From: Candidatus Eiseniibacteriota bacterium
GTDB lineage: Bacteria > Eisenbacteria > RBG-16-71-46 > DASYSL01
NCBI GenBank assembly: GCA_046598045.1
Contig: JBKJJJ010000034.1
Location: forward strand, 1 to 30,428
Direction of reading: 5' to 3'
Length of the DNA stretch: 30,428 nt
The position numbers were made by a program, and so were the translations under genes. Under the pieces are notes generated by a model that was not told the DNA's origin, made no database searches, and saw only the letters and a list, made by a program, of their open reading frames with translations. How positions within the stretch are numbered: the first letter of the stretch is position 1; the number at the start of each line of letters is the position of its first letter. Positions 1 through 9,737 of the stretch are shown here, piece by piece.

Positions 1-371
1 CGGCGCTGGACAAGCTCGGGATCGAGCTCACGGGTGACGAGCAGATCGGCGTCCACATCGTGCGCCGCGCGATCGAGGGGCCGCTCCGCCAGATCGTGAA
101 CAACGCCGGCCTCGAAGGTTCGGTCGTCGTCGAGCACGTGAAGAAGGAGAAGAAGACGGTCGGTTTCAACGCGGACACGGAAGAGTACGTGGACATGTTC
201 GAAGCCGGCATCATCGATCCGACCAAGGTGAGCCGCTCGGCGCTGCAGAACGCGGCGTCGGTCGCGGGCCTGCTGCTCACGACCGAGGCGCTGATCACCG
301 AGATCCCGGAGAAGCGCAAGGCGGCCGCGCCTGCGGGTGGCGGCGGCGGTTACGGCGGCGAGGACTTCTAG
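1..371 (+). CDS. groEL: Chaperonin GroEL, C-terminal part (5'-truncated by window)
   Basis: Translation contains [45 protein letters not shown], the canonical GroEL C-terminus, with a Gly-rich tail; stop TAG at 369-371. Confidence 0.98.
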   Translation, partial: ALDKLGIELTGDEQIGVHIVRRAIEGPLRQIVNNAGLEGSVVVEHVKKEKKTVGFNADTEEYVDMFEAGIIDPTKVSRSALQNAASVAGLLLTTEALITEIPEKRKAAAPAGGGGGYGGEDF

Positions 372-397
372 TCCACGCCGTTTCGGAAGTCCCACGG

Positions 398-430
398 AGC
401 CCCGGGGAGCGCAAGCTCTCCGGGGTTTTC
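398..430 (+). terminator. Intrinsic terminator after groEL
   Basis: AGCCCCGGGGAGC-GCAA-GCTCTCCGGGGTT stem-loop with GNRA loop, ending in TTTTC. Confidence 0.85.
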
Positions 431-458
431 GTATGATCGGGTCCGGCCCTCAGGAGGA

Positions 459-971
459 ATGCGCATGCCTGCCCGCAGCACCTGGATCGGTTGGACCGTG
501 GCCTTCGGCTTCGGCATCGCCCTCGGGTGGTGGTTGTTCCGCGACGTGCAGCCCCGCACGTTCCTGTCGCTGCACGACGGGGGGCTCGACTTCTCGTCCG
601 CGGAGTTGCTCGGGATCCTCGGATCGGTGGGGGTACAGCACGCGCCGCAACTCGTGCCCGGCGTGATGCTGGTGACCGACAAGACGATCGCGATGAAGTA
701 CCCGATCCCGTGGAAGAGCCGGGAGCACTTCGTGGTCGTCCCGCGCCGCGACATTCGCGACGTGGGCGCGCTGTCAAAAGGGGACGAGCCGTACCTGGTG
801 GATGCGTTCGCGGTCATTGCGCAGGTGGCGCGGGCGCAGGGCATGCGGAAGTACAAGGTGATCACGAACGGGCCGGACGAGCAGTTCGTGCGCTACCTCC
901 ACTTCCACGTCGTGTCGGTCGACCCGCCGGGAACCCCGTCGGACGTGCGCGACACGACGCGCGTGGAGTAG
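459..971 (+). CDS. HIT-family (histidine triad-like) protein with N-terminal membrane anchor
   Basis: AGGAGG RBS before ATG; HFVVVPRR motif, YKVITNG, and degenerate triad YLHFHVV; hydrophobic N-terminal segment. Confidence 0.8.
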   Translation: MRMPARSTWIGWTVAFGFGIALGWWLFRDVQPRTFLSLHDGGLDFSSAELLGILGSVGVQHAPQLVPGVMLVTDKTIAMKYPIPWKSREHFVVVPRRDIRDVGALSKGDEPYLVDAFAVIAQVARAQGMRKYKVITNGPDEQFVRYLHFHVVSVDPPGTPSDVRDTTRVE

Positions 972-974
972 ACG

Positions 975-3900
975 CTAGTCGAGGAAGACGATCGTGCGGC
1001 GGATGCGCTCGCCGCCGACCTGCAGGTCCGCATAGTAGGTGCCGGCGCGCAGCACCCGGCTCGCGCCGTCGGCCCTGAGCAGCGGCACGCGGTGCTCGCC
1101 GGGGGCGAGCGCCTCGTCGACCAGCATCGCGACCCGGCGCCCCGCCACGTCGTAGAGCGCCAGCCGAGCGCGCACCGGCGCATCGCCCGCCGCTCCCGGC
1201 AGCGAGAACACGAGCACGGCCGAGCGGCCGGCGTGTGCCGGGTTCGGCCATGCGCCCGCGAATGCGAGTCGCGACGGCGCGGGCGCGACGTCGGTCACCG
1301 GCGCCGAGATGCCGCAGGTCGTGTAGCGCAACTCGCCCGCGGAGACGTTGTCCTGGCCGCCGCAGCTGAACCAGTCGAACCCGTCATGGAATCCGCCGGT
1401 GTCCGGGGCCCGCGTCGCGCACATGTCCGGCGCGATCTGGTCGGGACGCGACCAGCCGAGCTGCTCATAGCGCGTGAAGTCGACGTCCATCAGGTAGAGC
1501 ACCGACAACTCGTCCATGTTGAACGTGAAGGAGCCGAGTTCCCCGCGGCGGAGGATGCGTTTCTCCTGCGGCTTGAGCGAGCTGAACGCGTTGGTGTTCA
1601 CGCCGATCTTCTCGGTGCTGACGTTGTTCGACAGGTACCAGCCACTGAAATCGAACGTCTGGGTGGTCGACGGGTTGTAGAGCTCGACCGCCTCCTCGCC
1701 GCTGGATGGGTTCCAGTACGAGCGCGTGACGAACAGCTTCGTGCCGAGGGCCGCCGACGTCCCCGTGTTCGCGAGGTTCGGCGTGGGCGTCGGGGTCAGG
1801 TTGAAGTCGATCGGAGGGCTCCCGGTGTCCACGCCGTTCGGGAGGCGCGCGGTCGAAATCGGCGTCGAGTCGCCGAGCGCCGCGGTCGTAGGATCGTCGA
1901 CGCGCGCCGCGGACTCGCCGGGCGGGGTGAGCGCGGCCGGGGCGATCGCGTTCGGGATCGCGCCGCTCACGGGAGCGCCACCCTTGTAGCCGTAGCCGAC
2001 GCGGTCGACCAGCGCGCCGCCGGGGCTGAACAGCTCGAGCACCGCGCCGCGGTCCGGCAGGTGACCCTCATTCGGGTCCTCGTTGAACGTCGTGAGCGTC
2101 GTGTCCGTGAAAAATTGCTGGTTGTCGAGGAAACTGCACGGCGTGCCGAGTCCGTGATCCGGCCCGCCCGCGCCGAGCGTGCCCAGGGGGCCGTGTCCCG
2201 TCCTGGCGAAATTGTTGAAGAAGCAATCGGCGATCACGTTCGGGACGCCGTTGACGCGCAGCGTCCAGCCGTTGAGCAGGAAGCTGCGGCCGCTCACGTT
2301 GAACACCTCGTAGAACTCCTTCACGCCCTGCGGCGGGTGCGCGAGGAATTCGTTGATGAGGATCGCGCCGCGCAGCGTGTCGCGCGCATCGCCGGCGAAC
2401 AGTTGCAGTCCGCTCCACGTCGTGTCCGCGAGCGAGCGCAGGAAGCCGAAACCGACGCGGTCGCCCCGGCCCTGCGCGCCCGCGCCCGGCGTGTCGACGA
2501 TCGGGTCGTTCTGCAGGCGAATCGGCCCGGTTCCGAGCGGCGTGCCGTTCGGGTCGAGCGCGCGAATGTTCAAATCGGGGCCGCCGCCGAGCAACGTGCT
2601 CCAGATGCCGACGAAGTCGTATCCGGCGGAGGCGACCACCGGGTTCGCCGGCGTGTAGCTGCCCGGGCCCATCGCGTTCTCGAAGAAGAAGCCGCCATTG
2701 TCGCCGTCGTAGCGCCGGGCGAGCGGCACGTGCAGCGCCGGGCCGTCGCTGAAGACGATCGCCTGGTAGGAAACGAGGACATCTTCGCCATTGCTCGTGG
2801 CCTGGGGGTGCGCATACGTCTTACCGGCGCCGCTGGCCACCGGTTGCGTGTACGGGAACAGGAGGCTGGGACGGATGGTCGCCGTGTGGATGGCGCGATC
2901 CGTCGTCGCCGGCGCCGAGCGCTCGTACGCGATCAGGGCGCCGAATTGCTGGCGGGCGGCGATCGACGGATGCTCCTCGCGAATCCCGACCTCGTTCGCC
3001 ACCACGCTGGCGGAGGTGACGACCGCGCCAGAGCGATAGGTCGAGGCCCACAGGTCACGCTCGGCCGCGCCTCCTCGCGTGTCGGTCCAGGCGACGACCA
3101 CGAGGCCGCTGTCGAACGTGCACGCGGTCGGCTCGTACTGGTTCCACGCGCCCGCGGAGACGGTGAAGGTGTCGATCAACGCGCCGCCTGCCGTGAAGCG
3201 CGCGCCCTGCACCGTCAGGCGGCCGCCGCGCGATTCCTGCCAGAACAGGTTGAAGTTCGTGCCGTCGTAGACCGCGGCCGGGTGCCCCTGGTCGAGGCCG
3301 GCGCGCGGGACGGCGAACGCGACCGTCGCCGGGTTCGGGGTCTCGAAGCGCGCGCTGTCGGTGAGGCCGATGCGGACCTGCCGCTCACCCGATCCGAAAC
3401 GGTCGTCGACCCACGCCGCGAGCCAGTGGTTCGCGCCGAACGCGAGCGCGGGCTCGGTCTGGTTCGGGGTCTGGGTCGCGATCACGACGCGGGGGTCGAG
3501 CGCGAGCGCCGCGCCCACGCGGCGGCCGAACAGGTCGGATTCACCGCCCGCGCCGGCGCCGGACCAGGCCACGATCGGATTCGAAGCCCCGCCGCCGAAG
3601 GCGCCGTCGCCCGTCAGGCCGGGGCCCGCCTCGACCGGCACCGCGCTGCCCGACGGATTGCCGTTGTTCGCGATCGCGCGCGCGAACTGTCCGGCCGCGC
3701 CGGTCCAGGTCGCGAGCCAGCGCGCTCCGTCGTGCCTCAGCGCCGGCCGGCGATCGTCGCCGGCGACGTTCGTGACCACGATGCCGGCCGGGTCCTGCGC
3801 CGTGCCCGCGGCGTTGACGCGCGTGCCGTAGATGTCGGCGCCGGTCGTGTTGAGGTTGCGGTCGTCCTGCCACGCCGCGAGCCATGCCGCGCCCGAGGCG

Positions 3901-4697
3901 GCGACCGCCGGGTCCGATTGCGGGGAGGTGTTCGAGACCAGCGCGAAGTCCGCGGCGTCGAGCCGCGTGATCACGCCCGAGGGCAGCGCGGCCGTGACGC
4001 GCACGCCGTCGATGTCCTCGTTGCCGCTGCGCGAGGTGCGGAAGACCACGAGCGCGTTCGCGCCCAGCGCGGCGACCGCGGGCTGGTCGTCGGTCGTGCC
4101 GCCCGAGACCGCGGCCACGCTCGCGCGCACGTTGCCGGAATTGTCGAGCGTCGCGCCCATGACGCGGCGCACGGTCGGCCCGGACGTGAGCTCGGACCAG
4201 ACCACGATGTGGAGCGCCCCGTTCCATGCCACCGCCGGGTGGGTCGCGACGGCGCCCACGCTCGAGAGGTCGATCGGCGCCGGGTCGAGCAGCGCGCCCG
4301 CGCTCGAGACCCGCATGGCGCGGACCTGGGAATCAATGCCGAGCGCATCGGTCCACACCACCAGCCACTGAGTGCCGTCCCACGCCACCGCGGGCTCCGC
4401 CTGGCTGCCGGGGCCGGAGGCGAGGTCGATGCCGTTCGGGTCGAGCACGGTGCCGTCGTGGCGCACGCGGGCGGCCACGAGGTCTTCGTCGCCGCGGCGC
4501 GTATCGCGCCAGACGAAGAGCGAGACCGTTCCGTTGTCGGAGGCGGCGACCTGGTCCTGGTTCCGTACGGCGGGAATCCTGACCGGGTCGATGGGGGACG
4601 GGGTGCCAACCCCGAGACCGGCGGTCGCGTCGGGCGCGAAAGCGAGCGTCAGGGCAAGCACAGACCACAGGGCGGTGGAGCGGGGGATGAACGACAT
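975..4697 (-). CDS. Large secreted protein: N-terminal beta-strand repeats, two lamin-tail-like domains, C-terminal T9SS/FlgD-like sorting domain
   Basis: Signal peptide from ATG 4697 (MSFIPRSTALWSVLALTLAFAPDATA); repeated P-x-VA-x-DG-xx-WLVVW-x-D units; ILINEF...EFYEVFN and EAVELYNP...DFSGWYL lamin-tail motifs; C-terminal WPNP...LYDVAGRRVA...GTYY. Confidence 0.85.
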   Translation of the reverse strand: MSFIPRSTALWSVLALTLAFAPDATAGLGVGTPSPIDPVRIPAVRNQDQVAASDNGTVSLFVWRDTRRGDEDLVAARVRHDGTVLDPNGIDLASGPGSQAEPAVAWDGTQWLVVWTDALGIDSQVRAMRVSSAGALLDPAPIDLSSVGAVATHPAVAWNGALHIVVWSELTSGPTVRRVMGATLDNSGNVRASVAAVSGGTTDDQPAVAALGANALVVFRTSRSGNEDIDGVRVTAALPSGVITRLDAADFALVSNTSPQSDPAVAASGAAWLAAWQDDRNLNTTGADIYGTRVNAAGTAQDPAGIVVTNVAGDDRRPALRHDGARWLATWTGAAGQFARAIANNGNPSGSAVPVEAGPGLTGDGAFGGGASNPIVAWSGAGAGGESDLFGRRVGAALALDPRVVIATQTPNQTEPALAFGANHWLAAWVDDRFGSGERQVRIGLTDSARFETPNPATVAFAVPRAGLDQGHPAAVYDGTNFNLFWQESRGGRLTVQGARFTAGGALIDTFTVSAGAWNQYEPTACTFDSGLVVVAWTDTRGGAAERDLWASTYRSGAVVTSASVVANEVGIREEHPSIAARQQFGALIAYERSAPATTDRAIHTATIRPSLLFPYTQPVASGAGKTYAHPQATSNGEDVLVSYQAIVFSDGPALHVPLARRYDGDNGGFFFENAMGPGSYTPANPVVASAGYDFVGIWSTLLGGGPDLNIRALDPNGTPLGTGPIRLQNDPIVDTPGAGAQGRGDRVGFGFLRSLADTTWSGLQLFAGDARDTLRGAILINEFLAHPPQGVKEFYEVFNVSGRSFLLNGWTLRVNGVPNVIADCFFNNFARTGHGPLGTLGAGGPDHGLGTPCSFLDNQQFFTDTTLTTFNEDPNEGHLPDRGAVLELFSPGGALVDRVGYGYKGGAPVSGAIPNAIAPAALTPPGESAARVDDPTTAALGDSTPISTARLPNGVDTGSPPIDFNLTPTPTPNLANTGTSAALGTKLFVTRSYWNPSSGEEAVELYNPSTTQTFDFSGWYLSNNVSTEKIGVNTNAFSSLKPQEKRILRRGELGSFTFNMDELSVLYLMDVDFTRYEQLGWSRPDQIAPDMCATRAPDTGGFHDGFDWFSCGGQDNVSAGELRYTTCGISAPVTDVAPAPSRLAFAGAWPNPAHAGRSAVLVFSLPGAAGDAPVRARLALYDVAGRRVAMLVDEALAPGEHRVPLLRADGASRVLRAGTYYADLQVGGERIRRTIVFLD

Positions 4698-4951
4698 GAC
4701 CCATCCTCGCAGGGCGCGTACGCGCCGGACGCGGGGGAGCAACGAAAACCGGGGACACCGACCCGAATGGGAGAGCCAGGAAGGAGTCTGGGGTCGGGGG
4801 CCGAAGGATCGAACAACACAATGTCAGGCGGGAATCCTACTCCCGCCCGGAGCTTTTCCGCCACCCCATTCTGGCGGGGCCGGACCCCGGTTTTGCGGCC
4901 CCGGGGCGGTCCGGGGGGCCGCCGGCGGGGGGCGCCCGGGCCGCGATCGGC

Positions 4952-4963
4952 TATAGTGCGGCC
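4952..4963 (+). promoter_or_regulatory. -10 element of a probable leaderless transcript
   Basis: TATAGT at 4952-4957, 6 nt before ATG 4964; no Shine-Dalgarno sequence. Confidence 0.55.
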
Positions 4964-5533
4964 ATGAAGATCTACACCAAGACCGGGGACGACGGGACGA
5001 CGGGGCTGTTCGGCAACCAACGGGTCCCGAAGGACGCGCTGCGAGTCGAGGTCTACGGCACGATCGACGAGGCGAACACGGTACTTGGCGTGGCCCTGGC
5101 CGCGGGCGCCCCCGAGGAGCTGGCCCGGGTCCTGCTGGACCTCCAGGCCCGCCTGTTCGACCTGGGGGCCGATCTCGCCACCCCGCGCAGCGAGCGCCCC
5201 GACCCGACCTACCTGACCCGCATCGACGAATCCCACGTCGCCCTGCTCGAGAAGCTGATCGACCGCTTCGAGGCCGGGCTCGCGCCGCTGACGAATTTCA
5301 TCCTGCCGGGCGGCGTGCCGACCGCGGCCCATCTCCACCATGCGCGCACGGTCGTGCGCCGGGGCGAGCGGGCGCTGGTCGCGCTCGCCCGGATCGAGGA
5401 CCTCGGCCCGGCGCTGCCGCGCTTCGTCAACCGGCTGTCGGACCTGCTGTTCGTGCTCGCGCGCTGGGCCAATCATGCCGCGCGGGTGCCGGACGTGCCG
5501 TGGCGCCCGCGCGCCGACGAACCCGAGGATTGA
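4964..5533 (+). CDS. pduO: ATP:cob(I)alamin adenosyltransferase, PduO type
   Basis: MKIYTKTGDDGTTGL, YGTIDEAN, FILPGG, RTVVRRGER and NRLSDLLFVLAR signature motifs. Confidence 0.95.
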   Translation: MKIYTKTGDDGTTGLFGNQRVPKDALRVEVYGTIDEANTVLGVALAAGAPEELARVLLDLQARLFDLGADLATPRSERPDPTYLTRIDESHVALLEKLIDRFEAGLAPLTNFILPGGVPTAAHLHHARTVVRRGERALVALARIEDLGPALPRFVNRLSDLLFVLARWANHAARVPDVPWRPRADEPED

Positions 5534-5606
5534 AGCCCGAACCCTGTGCTAATTTGACCATGTCCTGCAACCCAACCTCTATCCGCGAAATTCCCGAGGA
5601 AGTCCG

Positions 5607-7034
5607 ATGACCGCGTTCCACGACCTGCGTTCGCTCGCCGAGGGCCTTCATGGCTCGATCCGCCTGCACCCCGATGCCACGCTGACCGTCACCGACGCGG
5701 CGGCGTTTCGCGCCGAACACGTCGAGCGCCTGGTCAAGACGGCGATCTTCTCCGAGGACGAGGCAACGCGCGAGGCGGCGCGCTGGCTGATCTGGGAGGC
5801 GGGGCACGCGCTGGGCGTCCACTCGGCGTCGATCCAGGGCCTGTACGTCGCGCGCGGCAAGGGCAGGGTCTCGGGCTTCACGGTGCCGGCGGTCAACATT
5901 CGCGGCCTGACCTACGAGACCGCGCGCGCGATGTTCCGCGCGGCTCGCCGGCTCGATTGCGGGGCGATGCTGTTCGAGCTCGCCAGGAGCGAACTCGGCT
6001 ATACCTTCCAGCGCCCGGCCGAGTACGTCGCGAACATCCTCGCCGCGGCGATTCGCGAGGGCTACCACGGCCCGGTGTTCATCCAGGGCGACCACTACCA
6101 GTTCAACGCGAAGAGCTACGCCGCCGATCCCGCCCAGGAGACCGAAGGCGTGCGCGCGCTGACCAAGGAGTCGGTCGCGGCCGGCTATTACAACATCGAC
6201 ATCGACGCCTCGACGCTGGTCGACCTCACGCCGCCGACGCTCGACGAGCAGCAGCATCACAACTACCTGCGGGGCGCGGAACTCACCGCCCTGATTCGCG
6301 AGCTCGAGCCGCGCGGGATCACGATCTCGGTCGGCGGCGAGATCGGCGAGGTGGGCTTCAAGAATTCGACGGTCGAGGAGTTCGAGGCCTACATGGACGG
6401 CTACCTGCGCGAGCTCGCGCAGTACGGCCCGGACCTGCTGCCGATGTCGAAGGCCTCGGTCCAGACCGGCACCTCGCACGGCGGCACGCCGACGGCCGAC
6501 GGATCGGTCGCCGAGGTGACGCTCGACTTCGGCGTGCTCCAGGCGATCGGGGAGGTCGCGCGCGCGAAGTACGGCCTCGCGGGCGCGGTTCAGCACGGCG
6601 CATCCACGCTGCCGGACGACCTGTTCGACCGGTTCCCGGCCGCGGAGTGCGCGGAGATCCACCTCGCGACCGGCTTCCAGAACATGCTCTACGACGATGG
6701 GTTCCTGCCGGACGAGCTCAAGGCCGCGATGTATCGCTGGCTCGATACCAACTGCGCCGATGAGAAGCAGGCCGGCATGACCGACGAGCAGTTCCACTAC
6801 AAGACGCGCAAGAAGGCCTACGGACCGTTCAAGAAGGAGTTGTTCGAGCTGGCCGACGACCGGAAGCACGCCTTCGCGAACGCGCTCGAGGAGAAGTTCC
6901 ACTTCCTGTTCGAGAAGCTCGGCATGCGCGGCACGCGCGCCCTGGTGGACGAGCACGTGCACCCGGCGCTGGTCCACCGCCCGGTGCCCGAGGCGCTCAA
7001 GCAGGCGCTCGAGGCCGGCGCGGAGGCGCGTTGA
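5607..7034 (+). CDS. Class II fructose-bisphosphate aldolase family protein (long form)
   Basis: TVPAVN, QGDH, GGEIGEVG, GTSHGG and VQHGAS metal/substrate motifs; GAGGA RBS. Confidence 0.88.
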   Translation: MTAFHDLRSLAEGLHGSIRLHPDATLTVTDAAAFRAEHVERLVKTAIFSEDEATREAARWLIWEAGHALGVHSASIQGLYVARGKGRVSGFTVPAVNIRGLTYETARAMFRAARRLDCGAMLFELARSELGYTFQRPAEYVANILAAAIREGYHGPVFIQGDHYQFNAKSYAADPAQETEGVRALTKESVAAGYYNIDIDASTLVDLTPPTLDEQQHHNYLRGAELTALIRELEPRGITISVGGEIGEVGFKNSTVEEFEAYMDGYLRELAQYGPDLLPMSKASVQTGTSHGGTPTADGSVAEVTLDFGVLQAIGEVARAKYGLAGAVQHGASTLPDDLFDRFPAAECAEIHLATGFQNMLYDDGFLPDELKAAMYRWLDTNCADEKQAGMTDEQFHYKTRKKAYGPFKKELFELADDRKHAFANALEEKFHFLFEKLGMRGTRALVDEHVHPALVHRPVPEALKQALEAGAEAR

Positions 7035-7582
7035 GCACCGAGGTCGCAACGCTCGCAGGCGGCTGCTACTGGTGCCTGGAGGCGATCTACGAACAACTGC
7101 AGGGCGTCGAGAGCGTGGTCTCGGGTTTCAGCGGCGGCCAGGTCAAGAACCCCTCGTACCGCGAGGTGTGCGACGGCACGACCGGCCACGCCGAGGTCGT
7201 GCAGGTCACGTTCGATCCCGCGGTGATTCCGTTCCGCGAATTGCTGAGCTTCTTCTTCGCGTTCCACGACCCGACGACGCTCGATCGCCAGGGCGCGGAC
7301 GTGGGCACGCAATACCGCTCGGCGATATTCTTCCACTCGCCCGAGCAGGAGCGCGCCGCGCGCGAGGTCATCGCCCGGTTCACGGAGGACGGCGTGTTCG
7401 GCTCGAGGATCGTGACCGAGGTCACGGCCTTCGACGCGTTCTACCCGGCCGACCTCGAGCACCAGGGCTACTACCGCGCGAACTCGAACCAGCCCTATTG
7501 CCAGGCCACGATCACCCCCAAGGTGACGAAGCTGCGCCAGAAGTACGCCGCGCGGCTCAAGAGCGCCGCCACCCCGGGCTGA
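7031..7582 (+). CDS. msrA: Peptide-methionine (S)-S-oxide reductase
   Basis: GGCYWC, TGHAEVV, HDPT, RQGADVGTQYRS, HQGYY and PYC motifs; TTGA overlap with upstream stop. Confidence 0.96.
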   Translation: MSTEVATLAGGCYWCLEAIYEQLQGVESVVSGFSGGQVKNPSYREVCDGTTGHAEVVQVTFDPAVIPFRELLSFFFAFHDPTTLDRQGADVGTQYRSAIFFHSPEQERAAREVIARFTEDGVFGSRIVTEVTAFDAFYPADLEHQGYYRANSNQPYCQATITPKVTKLRQKYAARLKSAATPG

Positions 7583-7588
7583 GCGCGC

Positions 7589-8284
7589 ATGGCCCGGCGA
7601 CCCGCGCCCGCTTCGGCGATCAAGCAATACGACAAGGGCTACTTCGACCGCTGGTACCGAGACCCGGCGCAGGCCGTGATCCTGGGCTCGCACCTCGAGC
7701 GCCGGGTTCGGCTCGCGGTCGCCGCGGCCGAGTACGTGCTCGAGCGCGAGGTCAGGAGCGTGCTCGACGTCGGTTGCGGCGAGGCGCCGTGGCGCGCGAT
7801 CCTCAGGCGCCTGCGGCCCCGCGCGCGCTACGCCGGACTCGATCCGAGCCCGTACGCCGTCGCGCGCTACGGCAAGCGGCGCGACATCGCGCTCGCGGGC
7901 GTGGGCGACCTCGGCACCAGGGCCGTGTCGGCCGCGCTCAAGCAACTCGACGCCCGCCCGCCCTACGACTTGATCGTGTGCTCGGATGTCCTCCACTACG
8001 TCCCGACTCCCGACCTCGTGCGCGGCCTGCGTGCGATCGCTCGCTGGGTGGGCGGTGGCGTCGCGTTCCTCGAGTTCTTCACGCGCGAGGACGACACCGA
8101 AGGCGACACCGAGAGCTTCGAGCCGCGGAAGGCGGGTACGTACACGCGCCTCCTGCACGCCGCCGGGCTCACGCACCTCGGGCTGCACTGCTATGTCGGT
8201 CGCCAGGTGGGCCGCTCGATCATGACGTTCGAGCGCGGATTCGCCGCGCCGCCGCCGCGCCGCCCAAGGCCGCGCAGGGGTTGA
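7589..8284 (+). CDS. Class I SAM-dependent methyltransferase
   Basis: [16 protein letters not shown] and [12 protein letters not shown] motifs. Confidence 0.9.
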   Translation: MARRPAPASAIKQYDKGYFDRWYRDPAQAVILGSHLERRVRLAVAAAEYVLEREVRSVLDVGCGEAPWRAILRRLRPRARYAGLDPSPYAVARYGKRRDIALAGVGDLGTRAVSAALKQLDARPPYDLIVCSDVLHYVPTPDLVRGLRAIARWVGGGVAFLEFFTREDDTEGDTESFEPRKAGTYTRLLHAAGLTHLGLHCYVGRQVGRSIMTFERGFAAPPPRRPRPRRG

Positions 8285-8352
8285 CGGCAGGCCGTCGGCC
8301 GAGCCATGGTCGAAGCCTTGGAAGGATCCACCCGTCATTCCCAGGAGGCCCC

Positions 8353-8955
8353 ATGCAGCGCGCGCTTCGCACCCTCGGCTTCGCGTCCCTCGGTCTGGCC
8401 ATGGTTACCGGCGCTTCATCGGCCAAGGGCCTCGTCCTCAATCCGCAGGCGGGCGTCACCGCCACCCACCTCACGTCGGACCCCGCGGACATCACCGACC
8501 AGGCGCGCGTCGGTTACGCGTTCGGCGGCAACCTGCGTTTCGGCGGCAGCGTCTACCTGTCGCCCGGCGCGTACGTCCAGCGCACCTCGCTGCGGATCAC
8601 CAGGCGCGACGCTCTGACCGCGACCACGGTCAAGGACGTCGTGGGCGTGAACTCGGTCTACGTGCCGCTCAAGGTGGGGTTCAATCTCTCCACGAACGCC
8701 GCGAGCCCCGGTTCGGTCGGGCTGCGCGTCTTCGGCGGGCCCGCGCTCACGATCATCTCCTCGGTCAAGGCCAACGACCTCGGGATCACGAAGGACGACT
8801 ACGAGAGCACGCACCTCGGCCTCGAAGCCGGGGCGGGGCTCGACCTCACGGTGCTCACGATCGACGTCAGCTACGAGAAGGGCCTCGGGAAGACGTTCAA
8901 GAACTCGACCGCCAAGCAGGATGTCCTGCGGGCCCTGTTCGGGATCAAGCTCTAG
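8353..8955 (+). CDS. Outer-membrane beta-barrel (OmpA/PorT-like) protein
   Basis: AGGAGG RBS, signal peptide, alternating amphipathic strands ([29 protein letters not shown]), terminal LFGIKL. Confidence 0.8.
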   Translation: MQRALRTLGFASLGLAMVTGASSAKGLVLNPQAGVTATHLTSDPADITDQARVGYAFGGNLRFGGSVYLSPGAYVQRTSLRITRRDALTATTVKDVVGVNSVYVPLKVGFNLSTNAASPGSVGLRVFGGPALTIISSVKANDLGITKDDYESTHLGLEAGAGLDLTVLTIDVSYEKGLGKTFKNSTAKQDVLRALFGIKL

Positions 8956-8957
8956 CC

Positions 8958-9737
8958 ATGGCCTGGACGATCGCGAGCTGGAACGTCAACTCGCTCAAGG
9001 TGCGCCTGCCGCATTTGCTCGCGTGGTTGGCACGCCATCGTCCCCACGTGATCGCCCTCCAGGAGATCAAGTGCGAGGACGTGAAGTTTCCCGCCGCCGA
9101 CCTCGAAGCGGCCGGCTACACGGCGGTGGTCTCGGGGCAGAAGACCTACAACGGCGTCGCGATCCTCGCGCGCTCGCCGATCTCGGACCCGGTCCCCGGG
9201 CTCCCCGGGTACGCCGACGAACAGAAGCGCGTGCTCGCGGCGACGGTCGGCGGGGTGCGCGTGATCGATCTCTACGTGCCGAACGGGCAAGCGGTGGGGA
9301 GCGACAAGTACAAGTACAAGCTCGAGTGGCTGGGCGCGCTCCATGCGTGGCTGGCGGAAGAGTTGAAGCGCCACCCGGAGCTTGTGGTGCTCGGCGACTT
9401 CAACATCGCTCCGGCGGACGAGGACGTGCACGACCCGGCGGAGTGGGAGGGGCAGGTGCTGTTCAGCGACCCGGAGCGCGCCGCGTTTCACGGGCTGATC
9501 GGGCTCGGGTTCGTCGACACGTTCCGCCGCTTCGAGCAGCCGCCGCGGTCGTATAGCTGGTGGGATTACCGCATGAACGCGTTCCCGCGCGGCCGCGGGT
9601 TGCGCATCGACCACGTCCTCGCCTCGCCCGCGCTCGCGGCCAGGCTCGAGGCCGCGAGCATCGACGTCGAGCCCCGCCGGGCCGAGCGGCCCTCGGACCA
9701 CGCGCCGGTGCTCGCAAATTTCGAGTCGGTCGGTTAG
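8958..9737 (+). CDS. xth: Exodeoxyribonuclease III
   Basis: SWNVNS, LQEIK, YNGVA, YVPNG, GDFNIAP, WWDYR, GLRIDH and SDHAPV motifs. Confidence 0.97.
   Translation: MAWTIASWNVNSLKVRLPHLLAWLARHRPHVIALQEIKCEDVKFPAADLEAAGYTAVVSGQKTYNGVAILARSPISDPVPGLPGYADEQKRVLAATVGGVRVIDLYVPNGQAVGSDKYKYKLEWLGALHAWLAEELKRHPELVVLGDFNIAPADEDVHDPAEWEGQVLFSDPERAAFHGLIGLGFVDTFRRFEQPPRSYSWWDYRMNAFPRGRGLRIDHVLASPALAARLEAASIDVEPRRAERPSDHAPVLANFESVG

Noticed and set aside
4745..4894. 10-bp inverted repeat AAAACCGGGG/CCCCGGTTTT in the divergent spacer, and a possible cobalamin riboswitch before pduO
   Set aside because: The repeat is short and widely spaced. No B12-box or other riboswitch core was recognised, and pduO looks leaderless.
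1092..4967. 1291-aa plus-strand ORF
   Set aside because: Antisense shadow of the secreted protein gene; Arg/Ala-rich with no motifs, as expected at high GC.
7072..8352. N-terminal 427 aa of the 627-aa ORF
   Set aside because: Off-frame overlap with msrA and the methyltransferase; the real gene starts at 8353 with an RBS and signal peptide.
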